Below are positions 17,914-26,316 of a stretch of DNA of 35,882 nucleotides, piece by piece. This DNA is from a virus (taxonomy: Duplodnaviria; Caudoviricetes). The notes under the pieces were generated by a model. It saw only the letters and a list, made by a program, of their open reading frames with translations, did not search any database and was not told the DNA's origin. The stretch is from the IMG/VR virus record IMGVR_UViG_3300043427_000471, positions 1-35,882 of that record; one strand, given 5' to 3'. Each line of letters opens with the position of its first letter. The first letter of the stretch is position 1. Both the position numbers and the translations under genes were made by a program.

Positions 17914-19310
17914 TCGCCGCAATTACAATCAGGAGCAGGGTCGTCATTAAACAACTCGTCCAGGTAATCGTCGATGTCAGATTGAGACAACGCAGCGTAT
18001 GCGTCTGACTTATCCTGAACATCTCCCATCACCTGCAAGCTGTAATACAAAGAGGTTTGGGGGCTGCTCAGCCACTCCTCGATGAATGCTTCGTCGTAAG
18101 TAACTACGTCACTCCACGAATTAAAACTATATCCGTGTAGCAAATTTGTCATACTGAGAAGTCGGACAATACCGTTAGCTACTTTGAAGTAATCATCCCA
18201 GCCAACTTCAGACGCGATCTCAACCGGACCGTAGTCAAAGCTCTGGACGCCAAACGTACCGCTGTCACGGTCCACTTGACGGGCAATGGGAGGAGCGATC
18301 TCAGGGGTAGTGGTGTACCCATCGAGATCTTTGTATCGGTAACTGCACGAGGCCGTAGGTGCAATGGCAAAGGCACGCACCATGTTGTTGGCCTTAGCGA
18401 TCTCTGCAGCCTCACGGATACCAGCGTGGATCTCATGAGCCAGCACTGCAGCAGGAGTCCGTTCATGAGGTTCGTTGTTGACGATGTGCAACAACGCCTC
18501 ACCAAACTCCTTGTAGCTCACCCCTTGTTGACGGAGCAGGTTGGAAAGCCCAAGCATTCCGAGACCGACCTGGCGATCAACCTCTGGAGTGAGGTATTCA
18601 CCGCTGTCTCCAACACCTGTTTTTGAGTGGAGGTGACACAGTTCGGACATTCCACGTGAAAACGCAGATCGAATGTCATCAAGTTCGCATGCCCCAAGGT
18701 TGACATGTTGCAGTAGACAGGTGCCCCGTGTTGGCAGGTACACCTCCAGGCAAACATTTCCGTAGATACGTTGTCCATGCTTATCGACTTTTGTTTTGTT
18801 GAGCCAAACGTCGCCGCGTTTGATGGCAAGAATCAGAGCTTCCTTGACTTCGTTCGTGGCAACGTTCCACCAGTGGTGGTTGATGTTGACGCAACGCTTA
18901 ACCCAAGGCAGCTCACTACGGCTAGCATTAATGAACTCAAGTACATCAGGATGGTTGAGATCAAGATGACATACAACAGCTCCATTTTTGTAGACGCCAC
19001 CACGCCTCAGGATTTCATTCAGGGTCGAGTAAATCTTGGCAAAGCTAACAGGACCCGAAGCAACCAACCCTTTACCATTTTCCGCTCCCTTAGGCCGGAG
19101 TTTCGATAGGTGGACAGCAACTCCTGCTCCATAGCGGAGAGCATGGCTAACAAATCGCCAGCTTGCTTCGATTCCATTCTCACCCTCCATGGTGTCTTCA
19201 ACAACGAAGACGGTGCAGCTCACAGGTAGACGAGATGTCGGATCATCAATCCAACTTTGTACACGGCCAGTACGTGCGATGAGTTCTTTTTCCACAGTAG
19301 TATCAGACAA
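17910..19310 (-). CDS. nrdA: Ribonucleotide reductase alpha subunit (compact cyanopodovirus class I type)
   Basis: RLPVSC, GNVCLE (NxCxE), GTCLL, AIAPTASCS and C-terminal CNCGE; likely TTG start at 19310 overlapping the upstream stop. Confidence 0.9.
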   Translation of the reverse strand: MSDTTVEKELIARTGRVQSWIDDPTSRLPVSCTVFVVEDTMEGENGIEASWRFVSHALRYGAGVAVHLSKLRPKGAENGKGLVASGPVSFAKIYSTLNEILRRGGVYKNGAVVCHLDLNHPDVLEFINASRSELPWVKRCVNINHHWWNVATNEVKEALILAIKRGDVWLNKTKVDKHGQRIYGNVCLEVYLPTRGTCLLQHVNLGACELDDIRSAFSRGMSELCHLHSKTGVGDSGEYLTPEVDRQVGLGMLGLSNLLRQQGVSYKEFGEALLHIVNNEPHERTPAAVLAHEIHAGIREAAEIAKANNMVRAFAIAPTASCSYRYKDLDGYTTTPEIAPPIARQVDRDSGTFGVQSFDYGPVEIASEVGWDDYFKVANGIVRLLSMTNLLHGYSFNSWSDVVTYDEAFIEEWLSSPQTSLYYSLQVMGDVQDKSDAYAALSQSDIDDYLDELFNDDPAPDCNCGE

Positions 19311-19731
19311 GATCAATGAGTGAAGGTTCAAAGTAGTTAGGCCCTTTGAGGATCTTTCCGTCCTCACGACGTATGGGCTTGCCGTCTTCCCCGAGCTTGC
19401 TCATGTTGCTGGCATGCACACGGTTATATGCCGTCTGCAGATCCCAACCAAACGCTGCAGCCATCTGATGACACACATACACCAGATCAGCAAGTTCCTT
19501 CAAGAGGTGCTCACGTGCTCGTTTGTTCGTGATGTCTTCAAGCAGATCGAGGTAAGCATGAGCAACCTCAAGGTGCTCCTCATCGATCAAATTCTGCTGA
19601 AGCTTCAAAGAGGAAATCGTCAGACCGAGCGGCAGCTCGTACGCTCTCCGAAATTCGTGCGCTGCTGTTTCGTAGAAACTCACGTTCGTTTTCAAGGTAG
19701 TGGATTGCTTTGGTAAGGTCTGCGATTGCAT
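19303..19731 (-). CDS. MazG-like NTP pyrophosphohydrolase
   Basis: LIDEEHLE, KELADLVYV and VHASNMSKLGEDGKPIRREDGKILKGPNY motifs; start uncertain (19731 or 19683). Confidence 0.85.
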   Translation of the reverse strand: MQSQTLPKQSTTLKTNVSFYETAAHEFRRAYELPLGLTISSLKLQQNLIDEEHLEVAHAYLDLLEDITNKRAREHLLKELADLVYVCHQMAAAFGWDLQTAYNRVHASNMSKLGEDGKPIRREDGKILKGPNYFEPSLIDLV

Positions 19732-19864
19732 CGTCTTTGTGTCCAGCTCGGCAGATGTATTTGATTGCACAGCCAAGGTGGTAGTCGAGTTGTTGGTCAC
19801 GAATAAAATCCCAAACCTCTATTGACCCTCGCTTGTAGTACGAAGGTCCGTTGGTAACGGCCAT
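19580..19864 (-). CDS. DUF3310 family protein (T7 gp1.7-like nucleotide kinase)
   Basis: GPSYYKRGSIEVWDFI, LGCAIKYICRAGHK and DLTKAIHYL motifs. Confidence 0.85.
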   Translation of the reverse strand: MAVTNGPSYYKRGSIEVWDFIRDQQLDYHLGCAIKYICRAGHKDDAIADLTKAIHYLENEREFLRNSSARISESVRAAARSDDFLFEASAEFDR

Positions 19865-20046
19865 TGTTTTACTAAGTTAGATACGGTATTACTAAGAACA
19901 AAGTTCTGATGTTGCAAGGCAAGGAAGACAGTAATGATGTCCTCCTTTCTTGCTTCAGGCAGCAGATCCTGCAACCTTCTCATCTTGAACTGTTGCTCCA
20001 TTGTCATCTCCAGTACTGGAGGTGGGGGTCCAAAGGATTGGCTCAT
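19819..20046 (-). CDS. nblA: NblA-like phycobilisome degradation protein
   Basis: LEMTMEQQFKMRRLQDLL...IITVFLALQHQNFVLSNTVSNLVKQW resembles NblA (LxxEQQF helix-loop-helix ending in W); overlaps the exonuclease gene out of frame. Confidence 0.75.
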   Translation of the reverse strand: MSQSFGPPPPVLEMTMEQQFKMRRLQDLLPEARKEDIITVFLALQHQNFVLSNTVSNLVKQWPLPTDLRTTSEGQ

Positions 20047-20749
20047 CGGTGTCGAAGTTGTAGTCGGTGTACTGGAGTATCCGCGCGAGACGTGCATTAA
20101 GAAGAGCATCATCTTCAGTCATCCCTCGTTCTTCAAAAGTTTGAACTACTGTTTTCCAACAGCATCCGTGCTTCTCCAGTAGTGCATCAGCACGTTTGAT
20201 ACCAATCCCAGGAGCACCTGCGTAACCATCGGTCTGGTCACCGCTCATGGTTTGAATCAGATGCCATCGATCTCCTTCCTCCTTGGTGATTTCAATCACA
20301 GGATTCTTGAGATCAAACAGCAGCCCTGGTATCTGTCTCATGTCCTTATCAGGTGAGCAGATAATTAGTTCGTTCTCTGATTCAATTGGATCAGTGGCGT
20401 AGATACCCAGAGCATCATCAGCTTCCAGGTTGTCAACCACCATGGTGACGTAATTATCACCACACCAATTGAGCAGGCGCTTGTACCCGCATGGCTTCTT
20501 CCTATTTCGATGACCCTTGTAATCCGGGAAAATTTTTTTCCTGAAATTCTTTGGGCTACTGAAGAAAAGGATGAAGTCATCGAACTGACCCATGCATTCA
20601 GCAATGGACATCAGCTCCTTCTGGAACATGTCCAGCACTTCAGAGAAGCGGCTGGTGACAACGATTAGGTCATCTCCGTAGTCGATCTCATCTTCACAAG
20701 CAGCACAGGTTTTGTACGCGAGGTAGTCGGCATCAATGAGCAGTGTCAT
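19955..20749 (-). CDS. 5'-3' exonuclease (T7 gp6-like)
   Basis: LLIDADYL, NFRKKIFPDYKGHR, LEADD, SPDKDMRQIPG and GDQTDGYAGAPGIG motifs. Confidence 0.95.
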   Translation of the reverse strand: MTLLIDADYLAYKTCAACEDEIDYGDDLIVVTSRFSEVLDMFQKELMSIAECMGQFDDFILFFSSPKNFRKKIFPDYKGHRNRKKPCGYKRLLNWCGDNYVTMVVDNLEADDALGIYATDPIESENELIICSPDKDMRQIPGLLFDLKNPVIEITKEEGDRWHLIQTMSGDQTDGYAGAPGIGIKRADALLEKHGCCWKTVVQTFEERGMTEDDALLNARLARILQYTDYNFDTDEPILWTPTSSTGDDNGATVQDEKVAGSAA

Positions 20750-20886
20750 TTACCTTGACCTCGACGTAGCTTCTTTGTGCCTTTTGGGAGTGAGCGGGTT
20801 CCATTACCTTGACGGGTGTGCTTGAACTTGGCACGTGATTCAAATTGTTTCTTGGCTAGGTTTGTTTTGGATTTGGTTGTGGGCAT
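20746..20886 (-). CDS. Small basic protein (46 aa, not in ORF track)
   Basis: Manual translation MPTTKSKTNLAKKQFESRAKFKHTRQGNGTRSLPKGTKKLRRGQGK; TAATG and ATGA coupling to both neighbours; TRQG...RGQG pattern. Confidence 0.75.
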   Translation of the reverse strand: MPTTKSKTNLAKKQFESRAKFKHTRQGNGTRSLPKGTKKLRRGQGK

Positions 20887-21296
20887 TAGCAGCGTTTTGA
20901 TACATAAGCGATAGCTCTACTTAAGAAAGTAGGATCGTCGTTAAATTGTCCAATACCTATGTTGCATTGGTGACATAGCCAACCTCTAAATGCCATTGAT
21001 TTAGGGTCATGGTCCCAATCGGTTGCTATGCGTTCTTGGCAGCACTCACATACCTGCCCTTCCGGCAGGATGTACTTCTTCCTTGCTCTAGAGATTGCCC
21101 TAGAACATGGCTTGCAGTATCGACTTACTCCACATTTTCTTGACTTGTCACTCCCAAACAAATCAATGGGTAAGTCCTCTCTACAGTGAAAACAACGACT
21201 AGTGCGTGTCGGCCCAAGTACTTCCTCTACTAGCTTCGGCTGCAATAGGTATTCGCAGCTTGTAGTACTCGCCAGCGAGAGCTGCTGACAATTCAA
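20886..21296 (-). CDS. Endonuclease VII-type (His-Me finger) putative homing endonuclease with N-terminal zinc finger
   Basis: CECC...DWDHD....FRGWLCHQCNIGIGQFNDD; N-terminal CFHC...YCKPC; only TTG starts are available (21296 or 21245), both inside the polymerase gene. Confidence 0.85.
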   Translation of the reverse strand: MNCQQLSLASTTSCEYLLQPKLVEEVLGPTRTSRCFHCREDLPIDLFGSDKSRKCGVSRYCKPCSRAISRARKKYILPEGQVCECCQERIATDWDHDPKSMAFRGWLCHQCNIGIGQFNDDPTFLSRAIAYVSKRC

Positions 21297-22470
21297 GGTT
21301 AAACATTAGTGTGTCCGCATGAGCGGGGTTACATTCAAACTGAAGCTCATCATGAACAAATGCCAGTTGATCAGCTTCTGTATTTAGTTGTTTAATTTGA
21401 TCGTTAGCGATGACCATCCATCGCTTTGCAATGACACCAGCTCCTGACTGCAGGAGATAGTTCAAAGCTTTATGGGGTCCATCAACAGCGATACGCCGTC
21501 CATCAATTGAATTGATGTGGCCAACTGATTGAACCTTTTTCTTGACGGCCTCAACAAGATCGCTAAGACCTTCAATTGCATCAAGATACGCTTGCCGTAT
21601 CTCTGCCCCCTTTTTCTTTGCCTTATCGGTAGGAAGCTGAGGGTCATAGGAAAGTCCGATCTTCTCGTTCCCTGCCCCATAAAGAAAAGCATAGGTAACG
21701 GTTTTGACGAGCTTACGACTAATGCCAATCTTGTCGGCATTAACTTGGTGGATGTCGCCATTAAGCAAGATCTCACCATAGCGACCACCGTCATACCTAC
21801 TAAGGTAATGCGCGAACATCCGCAACTCGATGCCGCTAAGATCGGCCCCAACCATGCATAGTCCTGGAGTTGCAGTGAAGAGTCGTCTGAATCGTTCATC
21901 TGATGGGACTTGGGCCAGATTTGGATTCCTGTGGGCACATCTATGGGTGTTAGTTGAGACTGAGCAGTTGTGGTGGATTCGGCCCTTTCTGACCAGCTTT
22001 AGCCAGGCGTTGTTGCCGTCTGACAACATGCCAAGCTGCTTGGTCAGTTCCAAACACTGAAAGAATTCAAGTGCAATTGGAGTACCTATGTCCTTTAGAA
22101 CTACTTCGTCAATAGTTGCTTTGCCAGATTCTGTGAACTGGGTTGGCTCCCATCCATAGAACTCCTGCATGATCCACGCGATGTGATCTCGCGAGGTTGG
22201 GCTAAGATCCTTGAGGCGCGTAAAAGCGCATCCAGGTATATATCCCTTGGTCTTGTTAGAACGACGAGGAGTAAACTCGCCTCCCGCAACGAAAGGGTGC
22301 CGCTGTCGAAGAGATCCTTGCAGCGAGTCAAATGCAGATCGTAGTTCTGATTCCAACTCATGAGCGGATCGTTCATCGAAGTACCATCCATGCAACTGTT
22401 GTTTGGTGAGGATTTCTGCTACCTGATGTTCTAGTAAGATCCAGTCAGGTATTTGTGGAAGTGCTTCCAT
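21199..22470 (-). CDS. DNA polymerase family A, polymerase domain
   Basis: NPNLAQVP, motif A GADLSGIELR, motif B KTVTYAFLYG, motif C FVHDELQ; ATG at 22470 or reached by frameshift from the exonuclease ORF. Confidence 0.93.
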   Translation of the reverse strand: MEALPQIPDWILLEHQVAEILTKQQLHGWYFDERSAHELESELRSAFDSLQGSLRQRHPFVAGGEFTPRRSNKTKGYIPGCAFTRLKDLSPTSRDHIAWIMQEFYGWEPTQFTESGKATIDEVVLKDIGTPIALEFFQCLELTKQLGMLSDGNNAWLKLVRKGRIHHNCSVSTNTHRCAHRNPNLAQVPSDERFRRLFTATPGLCMVGADLSGIELRMFAHYLSRYDGGRYGEILLNGDIHQVNADKIGISRKLVKTVTYAFLYGAGNEKIGLSYDPQLPTDKAKKKGAEIRQAYLDAIEGLSDLVEAVKKKVQSVGHINSIDGRRIAVDGPHKALNYLLQSGAGVIAKRWMVIANDQIKQLNTEADQLAFVHDELQFECNPAHADTLMFNLELSAALAGEYYKLRIPIAAEASRGSTWADTH

Positions 22471-22946
22471 AGTTTGTGAGTCACTTGTAAGTCCTGTACG
22501 CAATAATCCTCCATGTCTTGTGACCAAGTCTTCCAGTCAGTTTGCTTAGCAAAGCCACCCTTGTACTCACCCAATCTGTAACCGTACGCCTCTAAGGAAT
22601 GTCGTCCGTAGAGTTGAAGTGGCATGTGGTTCCACTTCCTAGTCTGATCAATCTTAAGCAGATCAGGGTGATACAGACGGCTAAGAATAAGAGTGTCAAG
22701 TGTTCTTGGTGGTGTGAACCACGGGTAGAACTTCTGGATGACTGGAATGTCGTAGTTGATTACATTCTGACCAATGATTGTCTCAGCACCTTCCAGCATC
22801 GTGATGGCACGAGCGATAGGTTCTTGAGTACCTTCATCGTTGAAGACATAAACCTCATTGTTACCAAGGTCTTTGATAGCAACACAGTGGATGGTGGTAA
22901 GGTTGTCGTATAGGCCGTCAGTTTCGATGTCGAAGAGGAGGTTCAT
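22431..22946 (-). CDS. DNA polymerase 3'-5' exonuclease domain (separate ORF)
   Basis: ExoI FDIETDG, ExoII GQNVINYD, HSLEAYGYRLG and ExoIII YCVQD motifs. Confidence 0.93.
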   Translation of the reverse strand: MNLLFDIETDGLYDNLTTIHCVAIKDLGNNEVYVFNDEGTQEPIARAITMLEGAETIIGQNVINYDIPVIQKFYPWFTPPRTLDTLILSRLYHPDLLKIDQTRKWNHMPLQLYGRHSLEAYGYRLGEYKGGFAKQTDWKTWSQDMEDYCVQDLQVTHKLWKHFHKYLTGSY

Positions 22947-23119
22947 TTAAACAACTTCTTCCGAAGGTCTTTGTAGACCAAAGCCTTCTTCATAAAGGCG
23001 TCTTCCTCTTCATCAAGAATCTTTCGGAGATCATCGAGAAACTGTTCGACATTCTCCTCATCGAGGTACTCACAAACAGCACCACGAAGGTTCCGAATCT
23101 TGAACTCTTCAGTAGACAT
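22943..23119 (-). CDS. Hypothetical protein
   Basis: MSTEEFKIRNLRGAVCEYLDE...; ATGA overlap with the exonuclease-domain gene. Confidence 0.65.
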   Translation of the reverse strand: MSTEEFKIRNLRGAVCEYLDEENVEQFLDDLRKILDEEEDAFMKKALVYKDLRKKLFK

Positions 23120-23273
23120 CGTTAGGGCTCCAGTGTGGATTGACTCCGTAGTAATCACACAAAAACTCAAAGAGGATTGGTAGCGTGATTACCTGACCTG
23201 AACTGCTGATCTCACCACGCTCATGCATGGCGATCATTTCATCTGGAGTGCAGATGATGATGGTGTCAGACAT
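23109..23273 (-). CDS. Hypothetical protein (54 aa, not in ORF track)
   Basis: Manual translation MSDTIIICTPDEMIAMHERGEISSSGQVITLPILFEFLCDYYGVNPHWSPNDVY; overlaps both neighbours by a few bases. Confidence 0.55.
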   Translation of the reverse strand: MSDTIIICTPDEMIAMHERGEISSSGQVITLPILFEFLCDYYGVNPHWSPNDVY

Positions 23274-23526
23274 CGATGGCTTTTGCGGGGTACTTAATGA
23301 CAGCCTCTAGTTCCTGAAGCGTGTCCGCCCGGTAGGGTTGTGCTCGTTCCACCATTTCTGGGGTAGGAGGATTGGGGCGCTTTAGCTTTGCCAAGTAATC
23401 AAATGCACGGTCCCAACGCTCTTTGGCTTTATTGGGATCTTTCCATACAGGCGTCATAGGAAGACGACCACGTAGGTTGTAAGGATCAAAAGTCTGTTGT
23501 TGGGTCGAACTCTTGTTCGGGTTCAT
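23266..23526 (-). CDS. Hypothetical protein
   Basis: 3' part of the 133-aa ORF fills the gap after primase-helicase; start uncertain. Confidence 0.55.
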   Translation of the reverse strand: MNPNKSSTQQQTFDPYNLRGRLPMTPVWKDPNKAKERWDRAFDYLAKLKRPNPPTPEMVERAQPYRADTLQELEAVIKYPAKAIDV

Positions 23527-25075
23527 GCTCGATAAAACGGCAAGTGTTAAGGTCATAAATAAGGTCACAACAAGGGCCAACTTCTCCGCTGTAGCGATTT
23601 TTGAGTACTCGTACAGTTGTTTTGGAGTTGGTTTGTTGATTCCGTTCAAGGGCAATAACGGCATCACTTAGTTGTGCAATGCTGTGTGAACCTCGTAACG
23701 AACCAAGGCTTACACGTGCTCCTTCCTCGTGACTCTGATCACCACTAGGTCGACGCAAGTGAGAGACAAGGAACAATGAGATGCCAGTCCGCTCCACAAG
23801 AGAGCGCAGCTTGGTCATTGTTTGGTCAATGACACGTCGTTCATCTCCATCAAGACCGCTCAACAGGATGCTGAGGTGATCAAGGAAGACGATCTTTACG
23901 TCAAGACCTTGGGCAAGATACTCCACACGGTTATAAATAACATCGGGATCAAAACTACCGAAGCCATCAAAAAGATAAAGCGGCCAATGTCCAAGGGTTC
24001 TGGAGTAGACATCAGATAATTCAGTACGTGAGTGTTCACCAATGTGGTAAGGCTTGCCTTCAGCAACGGACATCAGTCCCAAGGCGGTTCGACGGTTACT
24101 TTCTTCAAGTGCCAAGTAGCCAACTCGTTCTCCCTTGTTGAGAAGGTGAGTTGCGAGTTCACGACAGAAAGAGGATTTACCAATACCAGAGCCTGCAGTA
24201 ATTGTGACAAGCTCTCCACACCTGATCCCGTGTAACTTCTGCTGGAGACCTTGGTAGGGGTACTCATGGAGTCCATCATCGTTAGGTTTAAGGATCTGCT
24301 CTAGGAGACTCTTCGCTTCGACAATGCCGTCTGGGCGGTATGCGGAAGCATTCCAGATTGCCTCTTTAATCGCTTGTGCCTTGCCAGCCTGGAGTGCATC
24401 GGAAGCATCCTTGAAATCTGACAAGTGAGCGATCTTAACCTTGCCTGGTGGCAATACCCCTGCCGCATCCTTCGCAGCTTGACGGCCTGGAGCGTCATTA
24501 TCAAAGAAGAGGACAATCTCCTCATAACCCTGGAGCCACTCAAGCTGCCTTTGAATCGCACGCTTGGCCGAATTGGCACCATCCGGTATTGATACCATCG
24601 GCCAATTCCCCGAGTAAGCTTGATAACACGAAAGCGCATCAAGTTCTCCTTCGGTGATAACAACTCTCTTTCCAGAACTTGGGAAGAGCTGCTGTCCAAA
24701 GAGTTGTCCATCAGGGTTGGATCCTTCCCATCTGAATTGTTTGTCAGGGGTTTTTACCTTGGCACCAGTGCATGTTCCATCCTTAGAGAAGTAATGGAAA
24801 TAGAGTTGATTGCCTTCTCGATGGACTCGATACTTACGGCAAGTCTCTTCACTGAGGCCACGTTTAGGTAGCGGTTCAGGTGTTCCCTTAATGGGAAATG
24901 TCATTCGTGGTTTTGACGATTTGACGATGTTGAATTCACCCGGCTCGCGATAGCCACACCCAAAGCACCAGCTATGGCCGTCGTCGTAACGAGCAAGATT
25001 GTCTCGACTACCACAACTAGGACAAGGTTCATGTGCAACGAAGTTACTTGTTTCTGTATCGGGAGATAACAGCAT
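23486..25075 (-). CDS. DNA primase-helicase (T7 gp4-like)
   Basis: Zn finger HEPCPSCGS...CFGC; TOPRIM ITEGELD and FDND; Walker A AGSGIGKS; FLDHL; LRGSHSIAQLSD; LKNRYSG. Confidence 0.97.
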   Translation of the reverse strand: MLLSPDTETSNFVAHEPCPSCGSRDNLARYDDGHSWCFGCGYREPGEFNIVKSSKPRMTFPIKGTPEPLPKRGLSEETCRKYRVHREGNQLYFHYFSKDGTCTGAKVKTPDKQFRWEGSNPDGQLFGQQLFPSSGKRVVITEGELDALSCYQAYSGNWPMVSIPDGANSAKRAIQRQLEWLQGYEEIVLFFDNDAPGRQAAKDAAGVLPPGKVKIAHLSDFKDASDALQAGKAQAIKEAIWNASAYRPDGIVEAKSLLEQILKPNDDGLHEYPYQGLQQKLHGIRCGELVTITAGSGIGKSSFCRELATHLLNKGERVGYLALEESNRRTALGLMSVAEGKPYHIGEHSRTELSDVYSRTLGHWPLYLFDGFGSFDPDVIYNRVEYLAQGLDVKIVFLDHLSILLSGLDGDERRVIDQTMTKLRSLVERTGISLFLVSHLRRPSGDQSHEEGARVSLGSLRGSHSIAQLSDAVIALERNQQTNSKTTVRVLKNRYSGEVGPCCDLIYDLNTCRFIEHEPEQEFDPTTDF

Positions 25076-25253
25076 TGATCAGCTTTTCGTAAATGTCAGC
25101 GGTGTTCTGGAAATACGAATGCCATTCGTTCAATGCATCAGCGAAACAAGTGACAACTTCATCAGGCGTCATCTGACCATCCTTGATGAACTCCTCTGCT
25201 TCACATAAAGCATCAGAGAAGTATTCGACGATTCGATCTCTGGGCGTGATCAT
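25044..25253 (-). CDS. Hypothetical protein
   Basis: 69 aa, acidic, coupled to neighbouring genes. Confidence 0.6.
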   Translation of the reverse strand: MITPRDRIVEYFSDALCEAEEFIKDGQMTPDEVVTCFADALNEWHSYFQNTADIYEKLINAVISRYRNK

Positions 25254-25399
25254 TTCTGTGTGTGGAAACGTTGGATCAATTCTTCGTAACTATCCAATGC
25301 ATCTTCAAAACCCTCAACAATGTCATTCGGTGAGGAATGCTTGTCAAGGGCCATGATTAGATTGGTAGCTAGATCTTTGATCAGCTCTACATCAGCCAT
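25250..25399 (-). CDS. Hypothetical protein
   Basis: MADVELIKDLATNL...; ATGA overlap with the next gene. Confidence 0.6.
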   Translation of the reverse strand: MADVELIKDLATNLIMALDKHSSPNDIVEGFEDALDSYEELIQRFHTQK

Positions 25400-25740
25400 T
25401 CGATAGGGATACTGTGGAACACACACCATTGGAAACCGTGTTTCTCGGCCCATTTGGCGTACGTAGTTTTTGATCCTTTGTAGATCTTGTTATAGGGCGA
25501 TTGAAATACAAAGCGAATGTCAAGGTCAGGGTTTTGATTCTTTACTGCCTTCATCTTTCGACGATCTTCTTCAGTCAGATGACCTTTCACCTCAAGATAG
25601 ATTCCGTTCGGCAAAAGAAAATCAGGGCAGTAATTATGTTGAATCTGATAAGCAACCTTGGTTGACTCATACTCGTACTTCACGCCCAGGTTGGCGAGAA
25701 GATCAGCGACCTTCTCCTCCAACCCAGAACGGAAAGCCAT
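25387..25740 (-). CDS. Endonuclease I (T7 gp3-like Holliday junction resolvase)
   Basis: FRSGLEEKVA, YCPDFLLPNGIYLEVKG and TTYAKWAEKHGF motifs. Confidence 0.96.
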   Translation of the reverse strand: MAFRSGLEEKVADLLANLGVKYEYESTKVAYQIQHNYCPDFLLPNGIYLEVKGHLTEEDRRKMKAVKNQNPDLDIRFVFQSPYNKIYKGSKTTYAKWAEKHGFQWCVFHSIPIEWLM

Positions 25741-25746
25741 TAGAAC

Positions 25747-26316
25747 TTAGAAATCCACGTCGGTTTCAGTTGCAGGTGCCGGGGTCACGTTCGGATCCTC
25801 AGCTTTGAATCCTTTGGTTTTACCAAAGAGTTCAGCAACGTCTTCAGCATCCATGTCACCAGTATCAACACCAGCACTGCTGGAAAGGCTGATGATCTGA
25901 ATACCTTTCAACTTCAAACTGGTGCCATAGGTGACACCATCCTTGAGAATGTAGGGCTTCTGGAAGAATGCCAGCTTCACAGTACTTCCGCTGTAAACGG
26001 GAAGTGCTGAGTTGTTGATGACCGTGCCCTCACTATCGACAATTGTGGGGCAGTTCTCCTCATTCCACGAGAACTTGACTTTGTACTTACCATCGGAAAC
26101 TTCTTCCCATGGTTCAGGCTTCAGCGTTGCACGCTTCGGGTTCTTCAACTTGGATTCACACCACTTGAGAACCTCAGTGCGGTCTGCTTCCAGTTGTTCA
26201 ATCAGATCATCAGTAAAGACAGTAGCAAGAGAGTAACCAAACTTGCTGGGCTTCATCACAGCCTGATAACCTTCAAGGACAACAGGCTTTTCAGTGACGA
26301 TAGTTTTGGGGGCCAT
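25747..26316 (-). CDS. Single-stranded DNA-binding protein (T7 gp2.5-like)
   Basis: Between RNAP and endonuclease I; GTSLKLKGIQI motif; acidic tail ending in Phe (TETDVDF). Confidence 0.9.
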   Translation of the reverse strand: MAPKTIVTEKPVVLEGYQAVMKPSKFGYSLATVFTDDLIEQLEADRTEVLKWCESKLKNPKRATLKPEPWEEVSDGKYKVKFSWNEENCPTIVDSEGTVINNSALPVYSGSTVKLAFFQKPYILKDGVTYGTSLKLKGIQIISLSSSAGVDTGDMDAEDVAELFGKTKGFKAEDPNVTPAPATETDVDF

